Below, piece after piece: positions 1 through 12,988 of a stretch of DNA of 64,000 nucleotides (position 1 is the first letter of the stretch; every line of letters starts with the position of its first letter). Source of the stretch: Laetmonice hystrix (Eukaryota); assembly GCA_965235115.1 (NCBI GenBank), contig OZ249440.1, positions 7,316,001-7,380,000 on the forward strand, read 5' to 3'. Made by a program: the position numbers and the translations under genes. The notes beneath the pieces were generated by a model. That model was given only the letters and a program-made list of their open reading frames with translations, had not been told where the DNA came from and made no database searches.

Positions 1-2352
1 ACTCATACCACAGAACTATAGCATAGTTCCATGCTCATACGTTGAATTCCAGTAGAGGACTATACAACGTTTCTCTCTCTCCGGACATTCTGAAAGTAGG
101 CCGAGAACTGGGTAACGCCTGATGCCAGTGCATCTACAAAATTCACCAACTCACTGATGTTGCCCACTTCTATCGGAATTACTAAAGTATTTTATGGTTG
201 AGCATTCAGTTACCTGATTGGAGCCACCGATATTCTGATTTCGACCTTGAATAATTTGACTTCACAGGCGTTCCTGAAGATTAAATCCAGAGCCATGCAC
301 GGACTGTAAAATCGGATTTACAAGACAATAGTTAAACCTAAACCTAACTTGGTCCATGTGTCTCAAACCCTGGCATGAAACACGCGTGCGTGTTCCCAAT
401 AAATCTGTATATCCCTTAAACTACTTAAACCAGTAGACGAGAATGCAAGAAGATAAAAGGACGTTGTCCGAAGTAAGCTACTTTGGCCGACACTCTCCAC
501 TGAACATTACACCAATGAACGATGGCGGTAAAGCTAGGATGTTAACTCCAACCTGACCGAGAGGACACTACCACCCGTCCATAACACGGTATTGTCAAAC
601 TCAAAAAATACAAACGATATGAGTGAAATGAAACGTGCAAGACTTCAGCGAGGTGAAGGAGGTTATGTCCTTGCCAACACCATCCCTCTAACCTCACTCT
701 CACTCACCCCGGGACATTGTCTGTTTGAACACCAAGATTGGGGGTAAAAAAAACTACTTGTGTCTCTTCAAAAATAGGAGCTTCATTGCTTGCAAATCAG
801 TCATCGGAGCAGTTTATGGTGCATTTATGGTGAATCACTCAACCTAAAGATAGAAGAATTACCAGACTCAACTGAATACAAATAAACCATTCATATTTTT
901 ATACCTCTGTCATTCAAATTACCAGTGTTACTTTTTCTAACGTGACCCAATGAGAAATCCGATTTCTTAAATTCGCCTAAATATTAAATTAACTTTGAGC
1001 TCGCTCATTATGGATCCAAGGTATTGGGTCAGGGAACCTTGACATATTTAGGCCGAATTATCTAGTTGGCTTAATGAAGTAAGTAGGGGTCCTTTTAGAT
1101 CCGAAACTTCAGCCGAAACCGTGATGAGTATCCAAATCTGTTCATTCCATATTCAGTTGTTTGGGAGCGGATATCTGAAAGACATTCCCGACAATCCTTG
1201 TCGCCATGGAGACGGGATTACACGGCCCAATGAAATGACGTCACTCAAGGAATGAGAGGTTTGGCGAATCTCTGTATACCGAACCAATGGTTGAGAGTGG
1301 TTACGGCGGGCCCCTGTATCAGTGGTGGTACACATGCAGAGCTCTCCCCCCCCCCCTCCCCTCCCTCACACACAGACGGTGACAAAGGTGTGTTATGATG
1401 TCTCACCTGGTGAGAACCAGGTATTCCAGCTACCTGGGCAGTAATCGTGTACACTTGGTTAGAGTCCCACTGTCTGTGAGCGAGTGACTGGAGGCAACCA
1501 ACCGTGTGACAGGACATGGCCTGAAGGGGGTACGCTGAGTTACGTCATCCATCTAATCCCAGATCTCAATAAAACACACGACTTGGCACTCATTCAAATA
1601 AACCATCAGAAATCCATGCCATTTTGATAGGATCTAACTCTAAGTTACTACCCCCCCCCCCCCGTGTCACATTTAGTATGACCCCCCCCCCCCCCTTCCC
1701 CCGTCAACTGGATCATTCGGCAATGGTCAGCTGTACCATGGTCTGATCAACTCTGTCGTTGGTCTGTCAATCAATAGGCCAACGGTTTTCTTCTTTCTTC
1801 TTTCCTTCTACACCCCCCCCCCCTAAATACAGTGTTATTTTGTTAAATTTTATTTTGGCGTATTCTCTGTACTGAATGAGAGGGTTCTTGATCTATTTAC
1901 CTGTTTGTCAGGTCCGCCTGTGTCTGAAGTACCTGTTAGAGGTATCCAGTTGGCTGCATATTAACAAACAGGTTGTCTATATCATGCCCCCCCCCCCCTC
2001 CTCCTCGGAGATCACCGGACCTACCCGACCAATTCCGAAGTCATCACACACCTTCGGACGCGGTCTGACTGAGTTAACAGGCACACACTGTCACCCGGTT
2101 ATAGCTTGAGTTACCACTGACCTCCACAACTTCCCCTCCGATTATCTCCGTTAAATCCCATGAGTTCACATATATTTTCTCTAAATCTTTCTTCATAATA
2201 TTACGCTGAATGTTAACACAGATTTATGTGGGATGAAAATAGAACAGGTATTTAGATCACATACCGGGGTATTTAGAAAGAGTTGATGGACTCAGCCTTC
2301 GGCTTTAGCCCCAAGGCTCTGCCACCTTTAATCAGGCTGAGTCGAAGGAATG

Positions 2353-2556
2353 AATTATATCTGACAATAAGTCTCTATAGATATAATTATATCTGACAAT
2401 AAGTCTCTATAGATATACATGTAATTATATCTGACAATAAGTCTCTATAGATATAATTATATCTGACAATAAGTCTCTATAGATATAATTATATCTGACA
2501 ATAAGTCTCTATATATATATTTATATCTGACAATAAGTCTCTATAGATATAATTAC
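2353..2556. repeat. AT-rich minisatellite, 32-bp unit, 6 copies
   Basis: Unit AATTATATCTGACAATAAGTCTCTATAGATAT. The core CTGACAAT recurs at 2361, 2393, 2431, 2463, 2495 and 2527; one unit carries a 6-nt insertion. Confidence 0.95.
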
Positions 2557-2775
2557 ATTCTTGCATGTCGTGACTTCTCCTTTTTAAAAATATTGCAGTA
2601 TTACTGTCCATGGACGAAAGTAGAGCGTTTCTAATACCTGAGCGCTAGGCGCATCCGAACTCACTGTAGACGGGACTGTGTCATGATATAGTGTGCCACA
2701 TCAAATAGTTTCTCTACACAGTACTCAATAACCCCACCTTCAAACACAGCAATCTCCATCAATCGGTTAGAACAG

Positions 2776-4526
2776 AGATCTCACTTAGAATACGGACTGA
2801 TCCTGACAGCACAGGATAACAGATCTCACTTAGAATACGGACTGATCCTGACAGCACAGGATAATAGATCTCACTTAGAATACGGACTGATCCTGACAGC
2901 ACAGGATAATAGATCTCACTTAGAATACGGACTGATCCTGACAGCACAGGATAATAGATCTCACTTAGAATACGGACTGATCCTGACAGCACAGGATAAT
3001 AGATCTCACTTAGAATACGGACTGATCCTGACAGCACAGGATAATAGATCTCACTTAGAATACGGCTGATCCTGACAGCACAGGATAATAGATCTCACTT
3101 AGAATACGGCTGATCCTGACAGCACAGGATAATAGATCTCACTTAGAATACGGACTGATCCTGACAGCACAGGATAATAGATCTCACTTAGAATACGGAC
3201 TGATCCTGACAGCACAGGATAATAGATCTCACTTAGAATACGGACTGATCCTGACAGCACAGGATAATAGATCTCACTTAGAATACGGACTGATCCTGAC
3301 AGCACAGGATAATAGATCTCACTTAGAATACGGACTGATCCTGACAGCACAGGATAATAGATCTCACTTAGAATACGGACTGATCCTGACAGCACAGGAT
3401 AATAGATCTCACTTAGAATACGGCTGATCCTGACAGCACAGGATAATAGATCTCACTTAGAATACGGACTGATCCTGACAGCACAGGATAATAGATCTCA
3501 CTTAGAATACGGACTGATCCTGACAGCACAGGATAATAGATCTCACTTAGAATACGGACTGATCCTGACAGCACAGGATAATAGATCTCACTTAGAATAC
3601 GGACTGATCCTGACAGCACAGGATAATAGATCTCACTTAGAATACGGACTGATCCTGACAGCACAGGATAATAGATCTCACTTAGAATACGGACTGATCC
3701 TGACAGCACAGGATAATAGATCTCACTTAGAATACGGACTGATCCTGACAGCACAGGATAATAGATCTCACTTAGAATACGGACTGATCCTGACAGCACA
3801 GGATAATAGATCTCACTTAGAATACGGACTGATCCTGACAGCACAGGATAATAGATCTCACTTAGAATACGGACTGATCCTGACAGCACAGGATAATAGA
3901 TCTCACTTAGAATACGGACTGATCCTGACAGCACAGGATAATAGATCTCACTTAGAATACGGACTGATCCTGACAGCACAGGATAATAGATCTCACTTAG
4001 AATACGGACTGATCCTGACAGCACAGGATAATAGATCTCACTTAGAATACGGACTGATCCTGACAGCACAGGATAATAGATCTCACTTAGAATACGGACT
4101 GATCCTGACAGCACAGGATAATAGATCTCACTTAGAATACGGACTGATCCTGACAGCACAGGATAATAGATCTCACTTAGAATACGGACTGATCCTGACA
4201 GCACAGGATAATAGATCTCACTTAGAATACGGCTGATCCTGACAGCACAGGATAATAGATCTCACTTAGAATACGGACTGATCCTGACAGCACAGGATAA
4301 TAGATCTCACTTAGAATACGGACTGATCCTGACAGCACAGGATAATAGATCTCACTTAGAATACGGACTGATCCTGACAGCACAGGATAATAGATCTCAC
4401 TTAGAATACGGACTGATCCTGACAGCACAGGATAATAGATCTCACTTAGAATACGGACTGATCCTGACAGCACAGGATAATAGATCTCACTTAGAATACG
4501 GACTGATCCTGACAGCACAGGATAAT
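2776..4526. repeat. Minisatellite, 45-bp unit, 39 copies, nearly homogeneous
   Basis: Unit AGATCTCACTTAGAATACGGACTGATCCTGACAGCACAGGATAAT. Units 7, 8, 15 and 33 lack the same A (39x45-4 = 1751 bp). The minus-strand LSGSVRILSEIYYPV ORFs are by-products of the repeat. Confidence 0.97.
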
Positions 4527-5863
4527 AAAGATCGGAAAGTTCGCCACCCATTACTCTCTGCCATCTGACACGCAAACCATCCACGCTCTTTTTTTTATAA
4601 CAAAAAAAAGTACAGACTCAAGCAAGCTCCAAAACATCCATTTGAAGGATTATCGCATTCCTTATATCAAAGCTCGCTCCGTTCAGGTGTAACTATATCT
4701 GAATCTCAGTTGAAAAGGACCAGAACAATTCAACATCAATTCAATACCCTTCAGACATATCTAATTACTATTTCTAAATTAGAAAAATATTTTTGAGGCA
4801 ACCCATTCTGAGCTGAGAGATAAGAGTGCGGATAGTTCCGGAAAAAATCCGCGCGGGGGTGGGGTGGGTGTGGGTGTGGGACTGAGACGGGGGTAAATAA
4901 ATTACCAGTTTCTTTATGTTGCTCACCGGGGTGTACAGCGATGATACCTGACCAATGGGGAGGGTTTTGGGTCGGAGCAAGGGGTGAGTAAGTGCACACT
5001 TTTTAGATACCTTCCTATTTCTACATTATATACTAATCCTAAATAATATTATTACTCAGCATTAAAGGTTTTGGGTGGGTTTTTTTTACAAAACTTCAGC
5101 AATTAAAAGGGCAAAACGGCGTTGCGCCTTTGATATCTTAGCGCGGATACTGATCGAGTGTTGGCTATTTTGCACTTACGCAATAGCAGAAACAACAGCA
5201 GCAAGAGCAGGTTGTGTCCATCCAGCAGTCGGTGTGAGCCTCAGTGAAGGCTCAGACAAGATTCTGTTCAGACCTCAGTTGGCTGTCACAATACCCCAAA
5301 CTGACGGCCACTGATGGGTGACAGGCGCTCAGTGTGAGTACAAGTGTCACGGAGAGTCATTCTTACAATGTAAATTTTCTATTTTATAGATCCTCTCATA
5401 GTATTTCCTGATGAAATTACCACTATCTCATTGACTATAACTTTATTTATCTGTATCTCCTTCAGTTCCTGCTGTGGCTGTACGATCACAACTTGGCCTC
5501 ACAACAACTGATCTCAGCAGGTCTACTACTGTGAGAAAACGTATCCAGAATACCATCTAGACTCTCCCTGCATGGCGCACATAACACCGTCATCTCATAT
5601 CTTAGAGCTTTTCTCAGTCGAGTTGTCAGGAATTTCAGGGTGTTTGAAGTTTCCGAGTCCCTGTGAGTTGACTTGATCACCCGCCCCACCCGGTGGTGTA
5701 ACAGTCTCCTGGGGAGGGTGGCTGAGATAACTGTCACAAGGCGGTTACCACCTATAGCTACCAACATCAATAATACAACACCCTTTGACATCTTTACCCA
5801 TACAAACGGGTAGGGTAAGGGACAATGTCTTGTCTTTAATAACAATAAATGAAATATGCATAT

Positions 5864-6193
5864 GAGTGAGTGAGTGAGTAGTTGGTGTTTAACGTCCAGT
5901 CAGCAGTATTTCAGCTATTTCAGGGCGAGAACAAGGTAACTAACTCAGTCGGTGAAATCCATTGGGTGATAATGAGATGATAGGAGGAAACCTGGCATCG
6001 ATGCGAACCCCTACTCTTATCGATAGGTGCCAAGGGATCTTTAACACATAGACGTATCGTGACACGGCCGGCCTTTGATAAAGCAGTCGGCAGCACTGCT
6101 TATGCAGGAAAGTCCGGCGCGGCCGCGGATCGAACCCAGGACCCTTGGATCAAAGGTCCCGTGCTCTAACCACTGCGCCACCCCGGTCCCCCT
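5864..6193 (-). mobile_element. Full-length tRNA-derived SINE, MetaSINE-like core, with 14-bp target-site duplication
   Basis: The minus strand starts with a tRNA-like head: Pol III A box TGGCGCAGTGG (6180-6170) and B box GGTTCGATCC (6136-6127). The core ATCAAAGGCC...TAAAGATCCCTTG...AAGAGTAG...GGTTTCCTC resembles the Meta domain as I remember it. The 3' end is GACGTTAAACACCAAC plus a (TCAC)n tail. TGAAATATGCATAT flanks both sides (5850-5863 and 6194-6207). Confidence 0.9.
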
Positions 6194-6253
6194 TGAAATA
6201 TGCATATAGATACGGGATTCTGCCTTATCGTTTTGTTTCACCTACTTAAGGTG

Positions 6254-6360
6254 AACGCTTCTGATTGGCTGGCCTGCTTAGACTAGCCAATCAAGATCAG
6301 CCAATCAGAAGCGTTAAGCTTAAGCTTAAGCAAGATCTGAAGTTTTTACGAACTGGGCCC
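6254..6360. mobile_element. Palindromic MITE-like remnant of the GGGCCCAGTTCGTAAAAAC-terminus family
   Basis: Perfect 18-bp inverted repeat AACGCTTCTGATTGGCTG (6254-6271) / CAGCCAATCAGAAGCGTT (6298-6315). The terminus AGTTTTTACGAACTGGGCCC (6341-6360) is shared with elements at 26290 and 47227. Confidence 0.6.
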
Positions 6361-6739
6361 TGGTCCCCAGGAAATTTGATGAGGAAAAGTAAAAATCTAT
6401 GATTCTTCCTAGCCCTGATCCTAAATCTAACTTTCACCCATTGTCACTCCTTGCTGAAGGCTGATGGTGGGAGGATGTCATCCCGGCACAGGTATACGTG
6501 TCATATTGACCAGACATCTGTTAGAGGTACCAGTCAGTGATGGAAGTCCCACGTGTCTATCCCCAACTATCATGAAGGTAATATATACCACCTCCGGTAA
6601 CCCCTCTCCCCGGTCGGTCCGCCAGCGTCCTAACCCAACCCTGTCAGGTGTACGGCACTGACGTTTGTATATGCCTTGTAACAACTACTGTGGCCGGCTC
6701 GGTGGGTGGGGTGTACTGGTGGTATGGTGGCGCCGTTCA

Positions 6740-7206
6740 TCATCAACGTTACAGGTGTATTAAGGTCTCAGCCTTAGCCCTGACTGACGCCACGTTACAG
6801 GTGTATGGGTTATTAAGGCCTCAGCCTCGGTCCTTACTGAGGCCGGTCATCATCAACGTTACAGGTGTATGGGCCATCACAGGTTATAAAGGCCTCAGCC
6901 TCGGCCCTGACTGAGGCCGGTCATTATCAACGTTACAGGTGTATGGGTCACCACAGGTTATAAGGCCCTCAGCCGGGTCAATACTGGGGCCGGTCATCGT
7001 CAACGTTACAGGTGTATGGGTCACCACAGGTTATAAAGGCCTCAGCCTCGGTCCTGACTGAGGCCGGTCATCATCAACGTTACAGGTGTATGGGTCACCA
7101 CAGGTTATAAGGGCCTCAGCCTCGGTCCTGACTGAGGCCGGTCATCAGCAACGTTACAGGTACATGGGTCACCACAGGTTATAAGGGCCTCAGCCCTTAC
7201 TGAGGC
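6740..7206. repeat. Minisatellite, about 74-bp unit with an internal hairpin; 5 long units preceded by 2 shorter ones
   Basis: (A)ACGTTACAGG anchors at 6745, 6792, 6855, 6929, 7002, 7076 and 7150. Long units contain GGCCTCAG-N12-CTGAGGCC or variants of it. Confidence 0.92.
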
Positions 7207-8721
7207 TTTATACTTCCGCTTGATAAAAGGTGGCATGGTTGGTGACGGCAGCTGGCCACAAAATATAGGGACATTCAGGAGGTTTCACCCAAGGTATAAG
7301 GAGTTCAGGCAGCAATGGCTGTCCGCTGGTGGGATATTATAAAGTAAAGAAACCCGTGGTGGGATGTCCATCGCCTTATGTTGTAATTCGAGCCATCCTG
7401 ATTGTTTATTGTGGGTGGATTTCATGGAATGAAAACCACGTGGTTTGTGGATAGAGAGAATATCATGTAACTTTTATCACTGTATGTTCTAAATCACAAA
7501 GTTCGGGTAGCATTCCTTATTGGAATCAGATCTCTCCTGGCCATACCAGTTCGGTAATATCTTTGATATAGGAAAATACCCATTCATGATAGAACTCTAT
7601 CTGACAACCATCTCTGCAGCAGACGCTTTCAAAACCTTTCTATATTTCAAAGCTTTGTACTGCAGTAATTTAAACGAAAGTAATCACAAGCATTTATGTG
7701 ATAAATCATAATATTATAATCATTTTCAAAATCACGGCAGTAAGTGGGTACCTCACCAACCGTACATTCCCCCATTCACAGATAAGGCTAAGGGGCACGT
7801 TACAGTGCATCACGAACCAAAAGGCGATTTATCTCTTTCTCGTTTCTCTCCCCAAAACCGAAAAAAAAATCGGAGAGGATGACATTTTCTATCCATCCTT
7901 CTGATAACTTGAGCGTGCCGTCGGCCTTTGGAAACAGTCGTCAAGAGTTGATGCGTCACGGTGAGTGTCAACCCTTGACGGGACATCGGCTGTGTACGTG
8001 AATACCGTGAGTAGTCCCCGGTCGGCGCCAGTCGCCCCCATCCTCCCAGGGTCGTCCACCTCCCACCGAGCACTGTCTTTATGGTCAGTAAGTCGGTGGT
8101 GGGTGTGAAACAGGATCCGAGGTGTGTAGATCCAAGGTGTAACTTTCTATAGGTAAGCGGTCACAGTTGGCTGAGTTAACATCCCCACTCGTGCTCCCAC
8201 GCCAGGCGGCGCCCCGGCCAATCTCATCTATGAATCTTAAAATACTTTTTTTTCTGAGGTAAAATAATGTTTAATTAAATTCTTTATTTCTTTTCATGGA
8301 AATAATGGAAATTGGTCACGCCTTTCCCCTGCCATCCACTAAAAACTGGCCATTATAGCTGGTTTACTGGTCTCAGTTCTGGCAGTAATGAGAACATTTA
8401 TGGCGATATACAAAATATATACGAGAAAAACTCTTTTTAGGAACCTGAGACGATATGTTGTCAGTCTAAATTAAGGTAGACCCACACGCCGAGGCAATCA
8501 AGCCTTTCCAACCGCTGTAGACCGAGCCGGATTTAACGTCCGACCAGCGGGGAGCCTGTAATACAAATACAAGCGGCTCTCAGTCCGAGAGTTCTCAGTC
8601 CGACATGTGGTTTAACTTTCTGCCGTGTTCTCTCACGATGTCTTTCGTCTGCCCTGAGCTCCAGATTCGTTTCTGAAAGGTGCATGGCACCAGGATGTCA
8701 GTCTGCACAACGAGTATAGAT

Positions 8722-8955
8722 GTTGGTCTGCATGGTCCTTACTGCGTATATACACGTCGGTCTGCATGGCCCTTAGTTTCTGACTACATATACAAGTCGT
8801 TCTGCATGGCCCTTAGTTCCTAATTGTTAGATCGGTCTGCATGGCCCTTAGTCCCTTGCTAGATACAAGTCGATCTGCATGACCCTTAACTCCCTTGCGC
8901 AATACCCGACGGTCTGCATGGCCCTTAGTCCCATCAATACAGGCCGGTCCGCATA
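8722..8955. repeat. Degenerate minisatellite with a conserved ~20-nt core and variable linkers, about 7 units
   Basis: Core GGTCTGCATGGCCCTTAGT or variants at 8725, 8759, 8799, 8834, 8872, 8911 and 8946; periods 34-40 bp. Confidence 0.85.
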
Positions 8956-11900
8956 TGCCATGACGCCTGTCCGGTTGAAACTCTACATTGTACCATCAAC
9001 GCCAGAGCTATCCACCAACATTCAACCCAACTCTCCGGTAAACTGACCTCAACTTAACATAATAGAAAACTCATCCCCAGAAGTAATGCCGATTATGATA
9101 GTATAATTGTGTTACCACAGACTATTTACCTCCTTGCTAGCAACTATGTGTATTCTGATGGTCACCCTAATTACAGGTGTTGCACTAAGTGACACCCTAT
9201 TTGGCCCTCCCCCTAGTATACATCAGGCGGCGTGGTCAAGCTGGACGGTCGTGGTCAACCGGTCACCTAATCGTACCTCCTGCCCGCCCAGAACACCGAG
9301 TGACCACTGATGTTCACTAATGGGGCCTGATAACAGCGCCTTATCGTTGGAGGTCCTGATTATGGTTCTTTGTCGGGACCGCTGATAGGGTTGATACAAA
9401 AACAGGGCACCAATCACATGTGGGACCTTCTCCTAATGAGCCCGCCCTCCAATGTTCGGGGTCAAATGTCGAAATGTAGCTGACGGTTTTCTGTTTTCAC
9501 GGCTGTTTCACTTTCTCTAATGATGCAGTATGAGCTCAACTACGCTGGGGTTTCCTAGAGAAAAGGTTTCCCATTGGTTGTACACCATCTGGCCATCCAA
9601 TCAGAAACCTTATCTGAGAAGTTCTCCGTAGTCTCATCAATTGATAGCAATTTTTCCATCCCCCAGGGTAATCAACATGCAGGGTTACCAACGTTTTGAG
9701 GAAGAGAAGTTGATTCTATACGTATAACCCTGTACATATTATTTTAGCAATATGATGAGCCCTCCTTCAGACAACTAATCAACGTGTGGACAAACACTAT
9801 ATTAACAGGTCACTTGTGTCCGGATTTCCCCACAATCCTGTAAGTTTACCTCTGACTAATCTGAGAAAGTGTTGGGAGATGCCGCTGTAGGTGATCTATC
9901 TAGACTCACTTCCTAGCCTTGGGGACATCACTCGCCACCGTGGGACAAAGTCAACTCTTACTAGACGTAGTTCCTCAGTCCATAAAGGAACCAATCAAAA
10001 CTTGCACAAAACCTTTCTGCTGTGTTTGCACCGGTAATCAGACCACATCCTGTGTGAGTCGTACGGTTGTAACCCAACACGTAAACGGCTGAACAGGAGA
10101 TTTCTCCAACCGGGGAAACTTATTCAGCCGCCCCTGTAAACTTAAATTCTAGTCCAAAAACAAATCCATTGAGTAGGAACCGTTCACTGACTTCAGGTAC
10201 ATTGTCTTACGACGCCACGGCCGTGTACCGCCATGAGTGGTGCCAGACTGAGTCAACGTATTCTGGTCGGGGGGGGGGGGGGTGTTAGTGACGTGTTGGG
10301 GGTAAATCCTGGTGCAATATGCACTCACCCCTCACCCGTCACCCTCAGCGTCCTTTACTTGGGGACGGTGTTAACAAGTCCCCGCAATGTCCCCGGATCG
10401 GAGATGTCGCCACCTGAGGGGGCATACAATCTTTATAAAACAAGTAGGCCCCTATAGATTTAGAGATTTACATTGGGGAAATCTAAGGGTTTAAGATTTT
10501 ATCCACTCTGCAAATTTTATTAAATAAAGTGAGTAAGAACAAATGTTTGGATAGTTTAAATCTCCAAATGTAACCGCCACCTACAGCCGGCAAGATAGAG
10601 TACTGGTACTTTACACGTCAGACGAGACGGGTTTATAACCATCCAGTCTCCCCATCTTGATACTTGATACTAATAATTTATGTAAAAACCTCTAAACACA
10701 GTCAACTTTATAACACCACACCACATGGCGAGGCAACAAGGAAGTCAAGCAACAACGTACCCTCACACTGCACGGGGTTTTATGTGGTTTTATGTGGTTT
10801 AAAAAAAGCTTTCCCACTACCCTCGAGACAATGTCATTTATCTAGAAGTCCCCCATCTGCCTGAGGCGACGCCCACCCCCACATACCCTCCTTATACGTC
10901 AGCAATTACACGATTTTAATGCCCCCGAGTCATGTTGGACCATGTCATTATGACCTTCCAAAGGGGTCAAGGTCATTTTCTAGTCCGGTTATCGAAGGAA
11001 GTGGTCACTGTTAAGATGGACAGGGGCAGGAAAGGGCATCAGAAAATAATGGCCCTGCTCTGTAAGTGGGGACAGGGTCCTTCCAGAGTCACAAGGTCAC
11101 AAACTTTGAGGTTAAGGGTTGAACGACTGTATCTGGGAGGCTTTGTTCTAAGTGTTAATATACTCAGACGACAACAACGAACATCTGGTTTATCTCTTTT
11201 AATTGGTCACCAAATTATCCCCACTCCCTGGTCCCAGTGTCTATATACAGCATAAACTATGTTTGATATATATCTGAGTACAATACCGTTTGTGTCTGAC
11301 ACTGACCGATTTACTGGTGAGACACAAGCTCTCAGTAACCGTTCTGTAAGGTCGGTAAGACAAGTAATCATTATCACGGAATCTTGTAGCGATGGATGGC
11401 TCTATATGCCCGTGCCTCTGGCAGCCAGAGATAGACCACCCAAACAATTTCACACGACCAATTTTCAAGATTAAAGAAGGCGAGCGAGGGTTAGCGGCCA
11501 ACATTTACTTTATCGATTTAAGAAATATGTCACCGTAACCTTTTTTTTTTTTTACATATAATGGAGCAAAAAGGGCAAAAATATTTATCTGTTTTGAAGC
11601 AAAGCCATACAAATGTGGCCATTTGACAAATGTGCTTTAGTTTGAACCTGTGACAACATGCTTGGAGAACTAGATTTTACGGGATTTCCCATTAGCTAGC
11701 TGCATGTATTATAAATATTGAGAGCAAATTTTGCTAGAGCAGAATGGTGAAACTATCCGGGAGCGAGCTTGTATCGGGGTTGACGTTGGGATTCCAGGTT
11801 TGTTACCTGACTCGCGTACATATTGGTCTGGTGGTTGTACCTTCAACTACCAACATTTGGTGTCGGGCGAGGGTTGACAGAGAGCCGTGCGAGCACACAA

Positions 11901-12631
11901 TACTGACGGAATGTTGACACAAGCCTGTAAACGTAGAGCATGTGAACCGCTCGCCCTCCCTGCACTACTACCACTGAATATACACGATCAATCTACTGAG
12001 GGGCAACTCACAGCAATCCTACCTGAAATAAAAATAATAATAGACACTGATATCAATATAATACTTGTGCACACGGTCCTTTTTCTAGGAAGATGGGTAG
12101 ATTACCCTCCTTCCGGGAAAAAGAGAATGGACAATTTACCATGTTTGTGTGATGGAAAATGTATGTGGTGGGTAGACGGGGCCGGTGTCTGTCCAATTTT
12201 GTGATGTTCTTTGTTACAACAAGGCGTATGTTTGTACTTCTATCTGTCTGTATATCTGGCAGTAATCAGTTTAATGCGGCATCTGTCTGTGATATTTACC
12301 GACAGATCTTCTATCGACCACGTGGGCGCCTCCATTCATGTACCAGTCAGGAGACCATATGGTTATATCAAATTCTTTCTGGATTCTATTTACCAGCAGT
12401 CGTTTTTAATACTCGTCGTTTTTCCCCGAACTTTTTCCTATCTTTCACACTGGTGCTGATAACACAGGGAGCTGGTGAAGGGAAGACAGCCCGGAGGGAA
12501 CTAGCACTGAAAAGTTATCACTGAACCTCTATATAGGTTCAAAAACTGCCCACGGAATGTGTCGCTGAGGGCAGGGTGGCCACCCTTTCACAGCCCCCCC
12601 CCCCCCCCCCTCCAATATCAACGGCCCTTGC

Positions 12632-12988
12632 GTCTACAGTCTGGGCCCGGTGGTTTACCTTAGTCTACAGTCTGGGCCCGGTGGTTCATACCTTAGTCTA
12701 CAGTCTGGGCCCGGTGGTTCATACCTTAGTCTACAGTCTGGGTCCGGTGGTTCATACCTTAGTCTACAGTCTGGGCCCGGTGGTTCATACCTTAGTCTAC
12801 AGTCTGGGCCCGGTGGTTCATACCTTAGTCTACAGTCTGGGCCCGGTGGTTCATACCTTAGTCTACAGTCTGGGCCCGGTGGTTCATACCTTAGTCTACA
12901 GTCTGGGCCCGGTGGTTCATACCTTAGTCTACAGTCTGGGCCCGGTGGTTCATACCTTAGTCTACAGTCTGGGCCCGGTGGTTCATAC
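12632..12988. repeat. Minisatellite, 33-bp unit, 11 copies
   Basis: Unit GTCTACAGTCTGGGCCCGGTGGTTCATACCTTA; the first unit is 31 bp. It lies about 2.3 kb upstream of the Tae4-like start codon. Confidence 0.96.

Noticed and set aside
2759-4584. Repetitive minus-strand ORFs (LSGSVRILSEIYYPV)n
   Set aside because: They arise from a 45-bp unit and are broken by frameshifting 44-bp units.
5180-5221. Minus-strand MDTTCSCCCCFCYC followed by a GTAAGT donor (cysteine-string-like mini exon)
   Set aside because: It derives from a (GCT/GTT)-type low-complexity run, and no partner exon was found.
6110-6193. tRNA gene
   Set aside because: The A and B boxes run directly into a SINE core and tail, and the whole unit is bracketed by a TSD.
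8722-8955. CRISPR array
   Set aside because: Eukaryotic context, no cas genes, degenerate repeats, and linkers that are short and related to each other.
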